The position numbers were made by a program, and so were the translations under genes. A stretch of 64,000 bases of DNA from Gekko japonicus (Eukaryota): NCBI RefSeq assembly GCF_001447785.1, contig NW_015161414.1, positions 154,768-218,767 of the forward strand. The letters run 5' to 3'. Positions within the stretch are counted from its first letter, which is position 1, and every line of letters starts with the position of its first letter. Positions 63,742 to 64,000 of the stretch are shown here, one piece after another. The notes under the pieces were generated by a model that saw only the letters and a list, made by a program, of their open reading frames with translations, ran no database searches and was not told the origin of the DNA.

Positions 63742-64000
63742 AAGCACCCTTTTTAAAATGTGAGCATGTGAAGCTGCCTTGTACAGAACACTGATCCATC
63801 TACTCTGACTGGCATCAGTTCTCCAGAGTCACAGGGAGAGAAGGACTTTTCCAAGCCCCTACTAACCAAAATCTTTTAAGTGGAGATGGCAGGGACTGAA
63901 CCTAAGCAGAGCTACAGCCCTTCCCCCATATTTTGTACTGCTTCATCCAGCAGTATTTGTAAGCATAGTAGTAAAAATTAAAAAAATAGTAGTTGTTGTT

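Overview
Vertebrate genomic DNA, almost certainly a squamate reptile and probably a gecko, judged from Sauria SINE, gecko-type tRNA SINEs, 5S-derived SINEs, BovB and CR1/L2/Penelope elements. It is the conserved YEATS2-KLHL24-KLHL6 block (human 3q27 order, shown reversed). YEATS2 (- strand) has a CpG-island promoter at ~18.2 kb and 15 coding exons (682 codons, including the whole YEATS domain), and runs off the left edge. KLHL24 (- strand) is complete: 6 coding exons, 1803 nt, 600 aa, a probable ~5.3-kb 3'UTR and two candidate promoters. KLHL6 (+ strand) contributes only its first coding exon. Introns and the KLHL24-KLHL6 interval hold nested transposons, many with readable target-site duplications (TSDs). 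There are two N gaps. I found no new protein-coding gene or multi-gene system. The best leads are: two tiny uORFs, including an AUG-UGA 2 nt before the KLHL24 start codon, upstream of the conserved disease-relevant Met29; a second TATA promoter in KLHL24 intron 1; a 1.67-kb foldback element with a 6-7 bp TSD; an ORF1-only L1-like retroposon pointing into the KLHL24 promoter; a CpG-rich hairpin hAT MITE; and a Penelope-type minimal hammerhead ribozyme. Gene and repeat names come from recalled sequence similarity, not database searches.
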